Shown: positions 1 through 14,381, numbered from the stretch's first letter. The stretch is 64,000 nucleotides of DNA from Eledone cirrhosa (GCA_964016885.1 OZ024745.1:51646001-51710000); one strand, 5' to 3'. Translations and numbers: made by a program. The notes: generated by a model from the sequence alone, not told the origin.

Positions 1-779
1 CAGTACATTTAGGCATTTTATTGTCAACAGAATAATTGCAAATTATTCTTTGTTATGCTCAAGAAAACTCTATATGGCCAATGTTATGCGTAAAATTAGT
101 ATAAATGAGAAAATTATCTGGACGTAATCGGTTCATGAGAAGACAAAAAGGGACTATTGAGAATCTAAATATTTTTAGTTTAGTTTAAATGGCAGTCCGT
201 ACACGAATTATTTCTCGCCGCCGTTTTTCACAATAATCGAATTAAAATTATATTTCTATGCGTTGACGTATTCATGCAATATATCCATTATATAGTTCTC
301 AGAGTTCTCGCAGGCAGCATAAAACCCTAATATACAACCAATTAAAATAATTGAAACATTATTCTCCACGTTTAATTCATAATTTAATTAGATGCTGTAA
401 ATACAACGAAGTTTAAAAAGGATATGTCTGAAACCCTATTCGAAGATACATGTTACTATAACTTAATACTAATGCATATTAATAATTAAAAGTATATGCT
501 TTATTGATAATTATACATATATTTTCTACAAATTAGTTCAATGGAATAAAAATCTATGTAATGATTCCTTCGGGGCCAGAAATATTATCGTAAAAGTAGC
601 CTCTCTAGTTTTGACTGCATCCTCCCTCCGTTGGATAACTAGGGGCCTGTTCGAAAAAAATATACCACAGTCTCCATCCAAGACTGCTATAGCTGGCGAT
701 GTGCTTGTGAACTGTTGATGGAGGTGTGAAATGAACACAGAAATGCTACATATTCCGAGTCACCAAATGGAGCAATCTT

Positions 780-1330
780 TGACAATTGGAAACTTGAACT
801 TTAGAACCCATACAGGTAAGTAGAAACAGGTGGGTTGGCAATATCGTATCGGCTAGATACAGTCGGTGGTATCTCAACAGAGTTCCGTGGCTCTGGAATT
901 GTAGATTTGGATGGATGATGGAAATTTAGGTTCCGAACCAGAAATGACAGCACAGGTGGCAGGGGAGTAGGGATATTTCCAAGGGTCCGGCTGTCGGAAT
1001 GTGTAATGAACTAGATCCTGTTGGAAGGGAGGATTTGCTTCATTAAGAATAGGCTGTAAAAAGGTCTATAAGTGTGCTGAATCCTATCCGTCAGACAGAG
1101 AGTGAGAATACAGACCATTTTTGAAGAAGTCACTGCAACGTTAAATGTAGTTACGATTGACTCGTATATCCTAAGGGAAGACTACAATACACAAGTTGGC
1201 ACTAACTACCTGATATGGTAAGGAGGGAAAGAAGAGAGATCACGTTCTAAATACATTTGGAGCGGTGTATTATACTTTTTTTCTAGCAATGGGCTCTCTA
1301 TTATTAACACCTTGGTTTGACTACGCATGG
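780..1330 (+). pseudogene. Decayed RTE/Expander-type LINE, APE endonuclease region
   Basis: Frameshifted translation TIGNLNFRTHTGK..RLDTV..TEFRGSGIVDLDG*WK..GSEPEMTAQ..GVGI..RLSECV resembles the RTE APE N-terminus (TWNV..LTGK..RLDIVG..RGSG..LDGGWKLFYSG). Confidence 0.7.
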
Positions 1331-3718
1331 CAGGCGTACACCTTGATTAGATCAAGAGGTCAAAGATGAAATATGAGAAAGGAGGCTAACATATAGAGTT
1401 ATACGGAGGGGGGAACTTTACGAGTCTATATTTTACCAGGAAATTTACAGGTTCTTCTAAATATCTATTAGGATGCATAATATATTCCTACTAATTAGCT
1501 TCTTTCGTCTGCCCCAACGTATAATATGTAGAGGAGATTTGTGCTTGTTTTAATCAATCTCAATACAAAATTGGTAGTTATTTATCCAGTTTCCAACAAT
1601 ATAGAAAACGAATCTGTCTAGATCTCACCCGGGGATAAAGAAAATAATATTGCTAACTGATGCAAATCTGTTGAACGAGGATTCATATTATTTCTAAACC
1701 AATGCCGTTCTTGTATAACCATACAACTCTGAGAAAACATTAACAGCATTTACCATTCTAGTAAATGATATAATAGCGTTTGCATTGGTTGTGGTGTTGG
1801 TAGTGGTACTGTTAATGTTATTAGTGTCAGTGCTTTTGCTACTACTACTGCTGTAAATATACATAATACTAATAACATCACCACACGAAATACTAAACGG
1901 CAGGAATGTATCATTTTGATATTCAGTCTACTGCACGATGTTCATGAAGGTCCATATCAATGAAATGATAATCATAAAAGATTAAACGGAAGGAAAATAA
2001 CTGCCCTATGTCAAACTGCGTAGAAGATAATATGTCGAACAATAACAAAACGGAATGCATGCGAATAGGGACATCCCGTTTGGTCATTAGATGATTTTGG
2101 CGCCAATAAATACACACACTATTCTCAGAAGAATACTGAAATCCCATATTTACAGATAGGTTACATGAACAAAGACAATGCAGCTGAGCATACAATACAT
2201 CTGTGAGTCCATTTTGATATTAAAAGCAACAATTGGTCTAAGGCTGAAAAGAAACGTAAACGCATCCATAATGGAGGCTACATTAATCTAGCTTCCATTG
2301 TTTTCAAAACCTTTAACATACACAAAGATCTAATATTCCATACATAAATACTCGATCACACTGCTTCATATCTAGAGGGCAAAACCATCTGAAATAAACG
2401 GTGCGTATTATTCAATAGATACAAAAAGAAATACACTCTATATGCTTATTTAATGGGGCGTTTGAGAAATATTCAATGCAGGTATTTTCTCTCAGTGAAT
2501 CCTATATTTGATATTCTGAAATCCGCTGTATGGAAATGCTTCCATCATCTTTTATTGTTTTCATGCAGGTAAATGTTATCATTGTTTGGTTTATTTGTTA
2601 ACAATGTAATCCGAAAGATATAAGTATATATTTACGCATGTAACACGCTACATATGTTCTGTGAGAAATGTCTAAAGAACATAATAGTATGCTATATTTA
2701 CTAACCCTTTAAAATTAATAGATATGCGATTTATGAATTACTTTAGATTGAGAATATAATAAATTATAGGCGTTATGTCAATGGTTTATTAGTTCACAAA
2801 CATAATGTTATAAAAATTCACGATGTTTAGAAAATATTCTAATACTAATATAAGTACTGAACATAATAGTTGTTATTTTTTTCTTCTGGCTTATCACTGA
2901 CCAAAAGGAGGTATGGCAAATGGCATTTTGAAAAAGACAATTCCGATTTTGTATCGAATATGAAGAACAGGATAATATTGGACACGAGAGGAGTGTACAT
3001 ATTATCAAGTAAAACGTACATTTCTGGAAAACCATGAAACAGTATATTTTGTTAAGCAACCCATGACTAAAAATATATGGAAATTATGTAAAATGCTCTC
3101 CAAGAAACAATGACGTCTCTACTATTAAGCTATCTACTCAAGTGTGCAGATAAACTTATTTGAAGTATCAATCTACTTTATATATTAGTTTATAAACGCT
3201 ATCTTTGACAATGTATGGGAGAGTCATGTTAAGTTACTTTATGATCATACATTCGACCGTTCATGATTTATAAGAAGGAAATCTAAATGAAAATTACTTA
3301 AAGAGAGATGATAAGTATAATACATGATAGACAGCCTTATATATTTACCTGACAAACAATGAACATCTATACGTATGAAAAGAATCTTAGTACTATATAT
3401 CATTTTATACGCACACCCACACAGACAGGTGCCCCTCTGCCGGACAGCGTGGTATATATTCAACTAGCCACGGGAGCGACCACTCGTGGTGGATTCGTGC
3501 TCACTCGATCAAAATCCAAAATCTCCAGCACGCCCTTTGCACGCCTACTGTTTAAGCACCACTGCACGGGCAACCACATGCATAACACTCATCAGAAACA
3601 ACATGAATATATTTGCGGGGTTCACAGGCCTCTCAGAGATGACCTACACAGAGTACACGGGCGTGCGGTGGTTTGCCGGGGTGACACATGATATTTCACT
3701 ACTCGGAGGTATATTGGT

Positions 3719-4681
3719 CAGCGCTGCCGATGACTGTACGTTCGTACAAAACTGTACGTTTTGCTCAACATTTTGATGTGTTGTACGTTCGGACGAATTT
3801 GGTGTACGTTTTAGTGATCTTGCCATAGAATTCATGTTTTGACGCATTTTCTCTGTTCTCCAATTTATTAAAACAAAGAATCGAAATTGTTTGAAAACTT
3901 CCACTCTTAACGCTCTTGTTAGGTCGAAATATTTGTTATGACATGCCGACTGCACGACGTGGGAGCCCGATGAAGATCTTTGCAAAGCATTATTTGCCGA
4001 GGTTAACTTTGCCTTTCATCCTTACGGGGTCGATAAAATAAAGTACCAGTAATACACTGGTAATTGCTGGCCTTGTGCCTAACGTAGAAACAATTATTTG
4101 AAAGTATCGGTAGAGGGTTGGACGACATGCTTTGCAGCACAGTTACGTCCCTTCACGTACTGAGTTCAAATCCCGCCGAGGTTCACTTTGCCGTTCATCC
4201 TTACGGGGTCGATAAAATAAAGTACCAGTAATGCAATGTGTAATTGCTGGCCTTGTGCCGAAAGTAGAAACAATTATTTGAAAAAGGGCGGTGGATTGGC
4301 AGTATCGGTAGAGGGTCGGACGCCATGCTTTCCAGCATAGTTACGTCCCTTTACTATCTGAGTTCAAATCCCGCCGAGGTTGACTTTGCCTTTCATCCTT
4401 ACGGGGTCGATAAAATAAAGTACCGGTAATGCACTGGGTAATTGCTGGCCTTGTGCCTAAAGTCGAAACAATTATTTGAAAAAAATTGGTACAACAGAGA
4501 ATCTGCTCGGGAAGATGACGTTTCTTTTTGATGCCCTTATATTTAAATTGTCAATAAATGTTGTTAACTTCAAAAATATGTATAAAAAAGAGAGTTTCTG
4601 ATTGTAATTCGGGGATTTAGTAAAATTCTGTACGTTTTGGTCAGATTCTGTACGTTTTGAAAAAAACTTTCGGCAGCGTTG
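3719..4681. mobile_element. Non-autonomous DNA transposon (hAT/P-like MITE) hosting a SINE trimer
   Basis: 12-bp TIRs cagcgctgccga (3719-3730) and tcggcagcgttg (4670-4681); flanking 8-mers atattggt / atgtcggt (degenerate 8-bp TSD); subterminal ctgtacgtt repeats. Confidence 0.6.
3945..4480 (+). mobile_element. Three head-to-tail copies of a tRNA-derived SINE (Nin/Deu-type domain)
   Basis: Units about 3945-4101, 4102-4283 and 4287-4480. A box tggcagtatcgg, B box gagttcaaatcc, core gcctttcatccttacggggtcgataaaataaagtacc, each ending gaaacaattatttgaaa. Confidence 0.85.
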
Positions 4682-5721
4682 ATGTCGGTTCCTTTGACAG
4701 TGCATGGAACGGTGAACGAGTGAGTGTGTTAGCGGGCACGCCCGTGTGTGTTTGCTCTATTATGTGACTGCCTCTGCGTGTTTTTATTTTTTACTATATG
4801 GGTGTAATTTTGTGCGTTTGGTTTAGTGGCTTTGTACGTGAGGGTATGCTATCTTTCAGTGGGTCCGTGCATTTTACAAGCAGCCATAAGCAGAATTCCT
4901 ACACAGATATATCAATATCAAGAGGAACTCTACACTTGAGCAGAAAACACATGCTCTTGGTGCTACACTCTCCAAACCAATATGCACACCTCTATCTACT
5001 TCATTCTCACCTTTTTGGTGGATGCACACATACATACCAACAGCAACTGGCTGAGAATGCAAACCACTACACAAATCCTCCCAGACTAACGCCAGAAGTG
5101 CACGTGCGCGTGATCACATACACACACCCCATATTCACGGCGGGAGGGTGTGATAGGTCCATACATACTACATTAACACGCAAGAAAAGTATCTAATGAC
5201 GCTCCCATAATTACAACAACAACACTAGTACATATAACAAAATAAAAGAATAAGACACGGAAGGAAAGTGAGAAGGGGGATAAAAAGGGAGTTGAGGGAG
5301 GACAAGAGGAGATATTAAGTAATACCACCAGTTTCCCCTGACCTCGTTTTAGACACTGTAGCAGTTTCCTTCTTTCAAGACTTGAGTCATCTGCATTCAT
5401 AGATTATCCCAAACTGAATACACAACAACACAGCTAAGCACACACAACTAAGAGGGGGTAATGATACATAAATAAAAGCGCGATGAACGTACCTTCTTAT
5501 ATGGACACAGACATTGCGACACATGCTTCGCCCCTAGGTTTCACTCTGTAACCTTTCCTCCTGATCCACTAACTACTCCATTTTCTCCACTTACCCCAGG
5601 TATCCTCACCCCTCATGAATCAATACTCGGAAATAGCTGTAAACGAAAAATTAATCCTGTTTTCCCCTCGCGGTTGAAACGGTGTAAACTCAGCCGTCGG
5701 GCATTATTTTTAACTATACAA

Positions 5722-5912
5722 GGCGGTGGATTGGCAGTATCGGTAGAGGGTCAGACGCCATGCTTTGACGTATAGAGTTACGGCCCTTGCCATTCTGAGT
5801 TCAAATCCCGCCGAGGTTAACTTAGCCTTTCATCCTTACGCGGTCGATAAAATAAAGTACCAGTAATGCACTGAGTAATTGCTGGCCTTGTGCCTAACGT
5901 AGAATCAATTAT
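5722..5912 (+). mobile_element. Full-length SINE with TSD
   Basis: Same family; duplicated attatttttaacta at 5703-5716 and about 5908-5921. Confidence 0.9.
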
Positions 5913-6007
5913 TTTTAACTAAACATATTCAGTCCATATTCCCAAGTATTGAGTACTTCGCTTAACATGGTCTCACTGGTGTAACTCTCTCTCTCTCTCC
6001 CTCTCTC

Positions 6008-6118
<111 letters not shown>

Positions 6119-6225
6119 GTAGGAGCTCTCTGTGTATGCATATATTTATATATATAAATATATATATATATATATGGGTAGGAGCTCTCTGTGTATGCAT
6201 ATATATATATATATAAATATATATA

Positions 6226-6912
6226 TAATTGGAAATCGGTAAAATCGAATCTCTGGCGGTTTGCAAGTGAATTCGGCCTGCTTATTTGAGATGATCAGTT
6301 AGCAAAGCACTCGATAGGATAGGTCCTTAGAGTAATAACATACGTTTAAAAAGCTTGACAAATCGAACATTGTGGTAGGCTAAACTAACACACAATATAT
6401 ATACCAGAGCAACGATAGCACTAATCAGGTTGAGAAAAAGTACACCTGGACAAATTAGACGAATAAACGTTTAAGACAAATTAGACGAATAGACGTTTAA
6501 AGTGTTTCTTTGAATCCAAAATCCAATATCCGACTTACTTGAAAGGCAAGCTCCTGGCAATTGATGACCGAACGTTGGATTCAGTTTTTCAACAGGTTTA
6601 TCGTTCTTCCTGGGATGGAAGTGATACATTATATGTTGCTGCAATAAGCTGCTAATCGAATGTATAATTATCACGTGCAAGGGAAATAACCCCGGTCCCA
6701 GGCGGTTATTCTAAAAGTTAGCGAAAAAGGAAATATTTAAAATTCCCGCTAAACATCATGATAAGCTCTCGACTAGATGTTATAAAACAAATACTAATAA
6801 TTAACCAATCAACGAAATTGTCTAATTAAATTAATTAGTTTATTATTAAATCTAGGAGAATAATATAATTGGAAATCAGTAAAATCGAATCTCTGGCGGT
6901 TTGCAAGTGAAT
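6226..6912. repeat. PLE-like remnant bounded by ~46-bp direct repeats inside (TA)n
   Basis: taattggaaatc(g/a)gtaaaatcgaatctctggcggtttgcaagtgaatt at about 6226 and about 6866. Internal minus-strand KNDKP..NPTF..SSKSDIG weakly resembles the PLE RT motif KDHK..NPT.RLI.P.KSDIG. Confidence 0.4.
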
Positions 6913-6919
6913 TATATAT

Positions 6920-6956
<37 letters not shown>

Positions 6957-7288
6957 CGATATTAATAAATGGGAACTATATTTATAAAACCATATTTATT
7001 TCATTATATATATTTCAAGGATACCAAGTTACATTATGGTATGCCTTCATCAGACAAAATACAATATATAACAGTTTTATAAATAGACATTGACGTACCC
7101 CTTTAAAAATTGACCGTTGCTTTTGGAGGCCATCCTTGAAATATATATAATGAAATAAATATGGTTTTATAAATATGGTTTCCATTTACTAATATCGTAT
7201 ATCTACTCCAAATATTTGTCGAGTGCTTTATATCAGTTATACAAATATTTGCTTGTTGTATCCCAACAATTTAAATAAAACTTTTGCA
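6957..7288. mobile_element. PLE-type fold-back with one-sided tail, in (TA)n
   Basis: 6957-7020 is the inverted copy of about 7134-7200; only the right arm extends by about 85 nt. Confidence 0.75.
6998..7060 (-). ncRNA. Minimal type-I hammerhead ribozyme
   Basis: Minus strand: attttgt-CTGATGA-aggcatacca(taatgtaact)tggtatcctt-GAAA-t(atat)a-TA|atgaaat. 7-bp stem I with 2 G.U pairs, long stem II with one C.C mismatch, palindromic stem III, AUA site. Confidence 0.7.
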
Positions 7289-7357
7289 TATATATATATA
7301 TATATATATGCTGTTGGTATGTATGTGAGAAAAAGAATAGATCCTCCATCTCATCTA

Positions 7358-7393
7358 CTTTGGAAAAGCAGAAGAACTGCGAAACCGGTAAAG
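7358..7393 (+). ncRNA. Candidate variant-core hammerhead (U3-A8)
   Basis: ctt-TGGAAAA-gcag(aagaa)ctgc-GAAA-c(cg)g-TA|aag; palindromic ACCGGT stem III and GUA site; stem I only 3 bp. Confidence 0.4.
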
Positions 7394-7524
7394 GAACTAA
7401 ATAAATATATATATATTTTTTTAAATAAGACTCCAGTTGCATTTTCGATTTCATCTTTTTTTCTTTATACTTTCACTCGTGTAGGACACCTCGGTTATTT
7501 TTCATTTTGTAAAAAAACCCTCAC

Positions 7525-8190
<666 letters not shown>

Positions 8191-8397
8191 ATGTATGTTT
8201 GTTTTTATGGCTTTAATTTCTTAAATATAATTTTGTTGGTAGTTAGTCCGTTGTAACGTTGAAAAATATTTAAGTTCTAGAAAAAAAATATTCGCGTGTT
8301 GTAATGTAATATTACATTTCTCTGCATCTATCATAGGTGTTTCATTAACGTAAAAGAAGTTGATTTCATTATAAGTTAAATAAAGGGACAGAAACAA

Positions 8398-8525
<128 letters not shown>

Positions 8526-9029
8526 CGTTTCTACAAACATTCATACATTCGTCTGCACGAACCTCTAAATCTATCCATATACTTAACTATCTAAAAGAAT
8601 GCTCTTTAGCTAAGACGAACACGTACGTATGCACTACACCTAAACAGAACGCACATGCACATGGTACAACAGCCCCCAAACAAGTAAGCACATACAACAC
8701 CCCTTTCGCCTTTACTCTCCCCTTTTTGGTACATGCACACGTACAGATTAACAGCCCCTAGCTTAGAATGCCAACCACCACACTAAAATGCCAAGACTAA
8801 CGCTATAAATGCATGTGCGCGCAGTCATATACACACGCAAACGACCCAAATACCCGATGGTGGGGTGCGATAGACACATACACCATAAACACAAAATAAA
8901 ATTATTAAATGACACTCCCACAGCACCACCACTGCAGAGATTCTTGCAGTGAACCAACGTAAAATAGAGCGAATCATGCCCGGAATCTCTTTACATGCCA
9001 GGAAGAGCAACACCTGGCATGAAGGACAT

Positions 9030-9150
9030 AATCGGGACCATCAGGAAGGGCGAACATAGATAGCCTGGTCATGTCTCTCGTTTCAGAGAATACAGGTGGA
9101 CTATTAGGGTGAGAGCGTGGTCACCAACGCTGATGGGAAGAACCAGTGAG
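9030..9150 (+). pseudogene. RTE LINE RT C-terminal fragment
   Basis: IRKGEHR*PGHVSRFREYRWTIRVRAWSP resembles the RTE motif RWAGHVAR..DNRWT.RV.EW.P. Confidence 0.6.
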
Positions 9151-9841
9151 AGAATGAGGCAGAAAGGGAGAGAGTAAGAGAGAGAGAGAGGGAGAGAGAT
9201 AATGAGACTGAGAGAGACAGAGAGAAAGGGAGAGAGACAGAAAAAGAGAGAGAGAATGAGACAGACAGAGAGATGTAGAAAGAGATATGTAGAAAGAGAT
9301 ATGGAGAAAGAGATTGAGAGAGAGAGGGAGAGAGAGAGAGAGAGATAGAGAGAGAGACATGTTTAATCTCGACCCCCGGAGCAAAGTAGTTTTGGGTTGT
9401 GTGTTCCGTAAGCGTTTTTCAAGTGTGTAGTAATTTTTGCAGGGTCATAAAAAAAGCTCACTAGTCATGATAGATCTGTGGTAATTAGTTAAGGGGATGG
9501 AGAAAGTGGGACCAGAGAAATGTAAGTGTATCAGAAGGAAGTAATCTGGCTTCTTCCTTGATAGTAGTGGAGTAAGAGGTGAAGGGGTATAATGGTCATA
9601 GGAATACGCAGTGGAATGGGTGACAGGTAAGTCTATGTAAAAACAAAGCATAGACATTGAAGGAGTATTTTTACGAGAGAAATAAAATAAAATGTTGGTT
9701 ATATAGAAATAAATGAATAAATGGTTAAATAAAAGATGAAATGAAATAAATAATATTTAAGGGTTTAAAAATAGATAACAAAGTGGGTAATACGGTATGA
9801 TAACTTATGGTAAAGCGTGTGTATTATATGTAAACATACTG

Positions 9842-10022
9842 CGCGGTGGATTGGCAGTATCGGTAGAGGGTTGGTCGTAGCATAGAGCTAGGGTCCATTA
9901 TGGACTGAGTTGAAATCCCGCCGAGCTTAACTTTGTCTTTTATCCTTACGGGGTCGATAAAATAAAGTACCAGTAATACACTGATATAATTGCTGGTCTT
10001 GTGCCAAAAGTAGAAACAATTA
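9842..10022 (+). mobile_element. SINE with 20-bp TSD
   Basis: Same SINE family; attatatgtaaacatactgc at 9823-9842 and 10019-10038. Confidence 0.9.
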
Positions 10023-10169
10023 TATGTAAACATACTGCATGCTCACAAGCACTCACAGAAATCCCATATTAACGAACATACACTCTACAATTACTGATTA
10101 GCCCCCCCCCCCACGCACACACACACTTCTTCACCACCACCACCACCATTATTGCCACACCTATTATTT

Positions 10170-11250
10170 TGGACTCGAGAGTGCCACCGAACTATCCTCC
10201 TCTCTATGTCTATCACACAAAACTCTCTTTTAATCCTCCTCTCTGTATCTACTAAAACCAAACTCTACTCCTCGCTATATCTACCACGACACCGCCTCTC
10301 TTATCACACTCTCTATATCTAAGCCTAATAACTCTCTCACTCTCTATAACTATCTAAACTTATTCCTCCCAATCCCCCTCTGTATATCAATCATCTCTAA
10401 CTCTCCCCCTCTCTATATCTACTACACGACCCTCTCTATAACAATTAACACCAGAATCCCACACCCCCTTCTACATCTAAGCACGGAACTCTCCCTCAAA
10501 GCCCCTCTCTATATCAAGTAACACCAAACTCTCCCCCTCTCTAGACCTACTTACATGTGCCTCACTTCCAATCCACCTCTCTATATGAATTAACACCAAA
10601 CTCCCCCTCTCTATATCTACTATAAGGAACTTTCCCCCAACCCCACTGTCTATATCAATTACCACCAATCTATCCGACTCTCTATATCTAGCCTACAACA
10701 CGCTCTCTCATTACCTCTCACTCCATCCATCACTATCAAACTGTCCCCCTATCTGTATCTGTCAATACCTATCTCTATCAATCCTCTCTCTCTATTCATT
10801 ACTACCAAACTCTCCCCACACTATACATCAGCCATACACGATACTCTCCCAATGTCCGTCTCTATATGAACAAACTCACCCCTATTTTATATATATTACA
10901 CCGAACTCTCTTTCAATCAACGTTTCTATAACAAGTAACATCGAACTCTTCCACTCTCTATACTTTCTACACGGTACTCTCTTCCAATCCCCATCTCTAT
11001 ATCAATTAACACCCAACTCTCCACCTCTCTATATCTACTACACTGGACTCTCTTCCAATCCCCTTCTTATATCAATTAGCACCAAATTCGCCCCCTCTGT
11101 ATATCTACTACACAGTACTCTCTTCAAATTCCTCTTTCTATATCAATAAACATCAATCTCTCCCCCTCTCTATATCTAATATACATCATACTCTCCCAAA
11201 CTTCCTCCCTATATCGATTACCACAAAACTGTCCCCCTTCATTGCCTCTC
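10170..11250. repeat. Degenerate C/T-rich minisatellite (~30/60-70 bp units)
   Basis: Recurrent ctctcttccaatcccc / ctctctatatcaattaacaccaaactctcccc / ctctctatatctactacac units. Confidence 0.8.
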
Positions 11251-11487
11251 CCATGTGTCTCTACATAACAAGTACATAAATTGTACCACATATACAAATA
11301 TATGTGTGTTTCGGTAGTTTGTGGAGAAAAATATAATTATTAGTGGAGGCATGGCCCCCTGCCCTCCTCTCCAGTTTCACCGCCCCTGTATTGTAAGTAT
11401 AATCTCCCATAGACAAACAAAACGAATTTGGAATAGTACTTTTCGTTGAGCGCGTTATTCTGTTGGTATCATCGTTAATTGATTGGA

Positions 11488-11522
<35 letters not shown>

Positions 11523-11532
11523 GGGGGGGGGG

Positions 11533-11937
11533 GGGCTAACGCCCTCTGGTGATGTCCAGCAAAAGCAAGGGGGATAACCGTCTATGCATTTCAGGCTTAA
11601 CTGGTCATCGTCAGGACGGTCCCTCCCACCGCTTGCGACTACTGGACTAGAAGACAGGCGAGAATATATAGTTTTCTTGTCTGTGTAAATGGGGTGATTA
11701 ATCTCATTTGCATATGAAGCTGCATAAGTTGGTTCAATTTATAATAGAAAAAGAAATGGGATTTCGCTTCAAGCATAGCTTTATACAATATGTATAAATA
11801 TTTCGTATCTCCAAAGAAATACGGTTTTAGGAAGCCGTAGCTATGCAAGCACCAGTGGGCTAACGCCCTCTGGTGATGTCCAGCAGAAGCGAGGGGGACA
11901 ACCGTCTATGCATTTCAGGTTTAACTGGCCATCGTCA
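11533..11937 (-). mobile_element. 324-bp non-coding HHR unit, about 1.25 tandem copies (retrozyme/pLTR-like)
   Basis: gggctaacgccctctggtgatgtccagc...catcgtca repeats; the HHRs at 11577 and 11901 are 324 bp apart; flanked by (TA)n and (CA)n. Confidence 0.75.
11577..11620 (-). ncRNA. Minimal type-I hammerhead ribozyme
   Basis: accgtc-CTGACGA-t-gac(cagttaa)gcc-t-GAAA-t(gc)a-TA|gacggt. Perfect 6-bp stem I, palindromic ATGCAT stem III. The second copy (11901-11937) has ggc on the 5' side of stem II but is truncated. Confidence 0.8.
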
Positions 11938-11959
11938 CATACACACACATATATATATA

Positions 11960-12408
11960 CAATAAATAAGAATGTAATTCATTATAAGTTTAAATATATC
12001 ATTATACGTTCAATTATATCACTATACGTATAATGTAATTAATTATACGTATTTTAAAGATGCAAAAGTTATATAATAAACACCTTACACGTTTTCTTCA
12101 GACGAATCGAGTTGTATCTTTCCGTTGATACGATACTGTTTTACCATGTCGTTAGCCTTGCTGTCCAGTACTCATAAGACGTGTAAGGTGGTTATTATAT
12201 AACTGCCTTTGCATCTTTGAAATCCATATAATGAAATAGATAATAAAATGAAGGTGTACGAATAAAACCGTCTCTCTTATTTATTATACTTTAACTCCGC
12301 GCGATACCTTACGGAGAAAATTGTAAGGAACACAAACCGTGGAGAGCTTCACATCTGTCTACGAAAAAGTCACCAGATTTTGAATCAACCAACTTTCATC
12401 AACAACTG

Positions 12409-12412
<4 letters not shown>
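11960..12412. mobile_element. PLE-type fold-back with decayed HHR
   Basis: About 12040-12095 is inverted against about 12175-12235. Minus arm reads attcgt-CTGAAGA-long stem II-AAAA (G12A)-tacgta-TA; plus arm keeps GAAA but lacks the CUGA core; tail on the right. Confidence 0.6.
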
Positions 12413-12453
<41 letters not shown>

Positions 12454-12467
12454 CAATATATTTGAGT

Positions 12468-12528
12468 AAAATACACAGGAGAGTGTGTTTTTTTCATTGA
12501 AAAAAAAACACACTCTCCTGTGTTTTTT
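12468..12528. repeat. Short palindrome next to (TA)n
   Basis: aaaatacacaggagagtgtgttttttt-cattg-aaaaaaaacacactctcctgtgttttt. Confidence 0.8.
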
Positions 12529-13194
12529 CCCCTCTCTATCTTAAGGTGCCCAGGAAAACTCTTTCCTTTGAGCTCATTTGATTACAGGATTATACGCCAG
12601 TCCTTTACTCCGTCATTTGTGCTATAATGCGACTGCCACGCAACTTCGATATACACCCACATTCACATGAATGTTTTCAGAGTAATTAATGGAAAGAAAC
12701 AGAGTGGATGTATATAATGCTCTCGCCAAAGAGAAATACGTTTCTCATATCTGTTTTTCCTGGTCAATACAATCTGATATTCTATTTCCCAGAACGATGT
12801 ACGTTTTTTCAATATATGCGTTTGTGCTTAACATATCCTACCTTCTGGCCGATACAATATTCAATTATGCTTTCAATTGTCATTCTGAGTAGAAGGGAGA
12901 ATATTTTCTTTTGCTAACGATGGTTGCATTTAAAGAGATGTTGTTATTTCTCTCTTATATTTGGAATACGTTATAGGTTATTTTATCGCGCACACAGTTT
13001 TCAATCGTTTGTGCCCGGCCCCCGAAATCTCTATTGTATTCGTATTATGCATGAATACATTTGACTAGATTTATGCAAACAATCATCATATCTCAATTTC
13101 GTCTTTTTCCATTATCTCTATCTGTCACCCGTCTCTTAATGTATCTATTTATCTATTTATTTATGTGAACACACATACATGCAAACACTAAGGG

Positions 13195-13300
<106 letters not shown>

Positions 13301-13341
13301 ACACGCACATACACACACACACGCACATACACACACACACA

Positions 13342-13407
<66 letters not shown>

Positions 13408-14245
13408 AATATATATAACATAAATACAAACACATTTGTGTGCCCTTGTGCCTGTACTTTGTGATTATATGTATTTTACCATACACAAAATGTGTGAATA
13501 AAGACATTGCAAAAACAATGCTTGCTTACGTGTTGTGGTGTGACAATGTCATACATAAATACGTCTAGGTGAAATATTTCCTTAGCAGCAGTAAAGTATT
13601 CTGAATTGTTAATATTCACATGAACATTATTTTATTTAATAATTATTATTACTGAGCAGATGTAATGCTCAGTAATAGAAGTACTTCCATGCACGACAAT
13701 ATAAATCCGTGTGAAACATCAATTGGAATTCATTTCTTCCCCAGTATAGTAATTAGTTACTTTTGATTGAGTTATAAACTTTTTTATTACACATTCTGTT
13801 TTGTTTTTTCTATCGTTGTATACCTACGGCAAGGTAATGAACTACAAGGGTGTAATAATGTAATTAAAGACCATTGGCAACGGGCAACTGGACACCATTG
13901 CAATATAAAATATAATAAAATTCCTTATAATTCCGGCAATATCTACACATGTTCAGTGTAGGTTCTCATGTTTAAGAGACACCACAAAAAGACATATCTT
14001 AATGTCTAGACATATCTGAGTAATTTTATACACTGTATGAAATTATGTAGAAACACCGAAATAATCCTACCATATGTCAAAACTAGAATAATTGATCACA
14101 ATTTCTGTAAATCGTAATATAAGTACATACGCCCAGACAATGATTAGTATATAATTTTTTCCCTATATTCCACTCTATCTCCCCTCTTCAGTTTACATAC
14201 ACTCATACACACATAAATATATACGTATATGTATGTCTATGTATC

Positions 14246-14341
<96 letters not shown>

Positions 14342-14350
14342 TATATATAC

Positions 14351-14381
<31 letters not shown>

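Noticed and set aside
3359-3985. Overlapping 96-113-aa ORFs
   Set aside because: No recognisable domain; they overlap a MITE end.
9440-9660. Possible LINE (Jockey/I-like) C-terminal remnant on the minus strand
   Set aside because: Too degenerate to support without a profile search.
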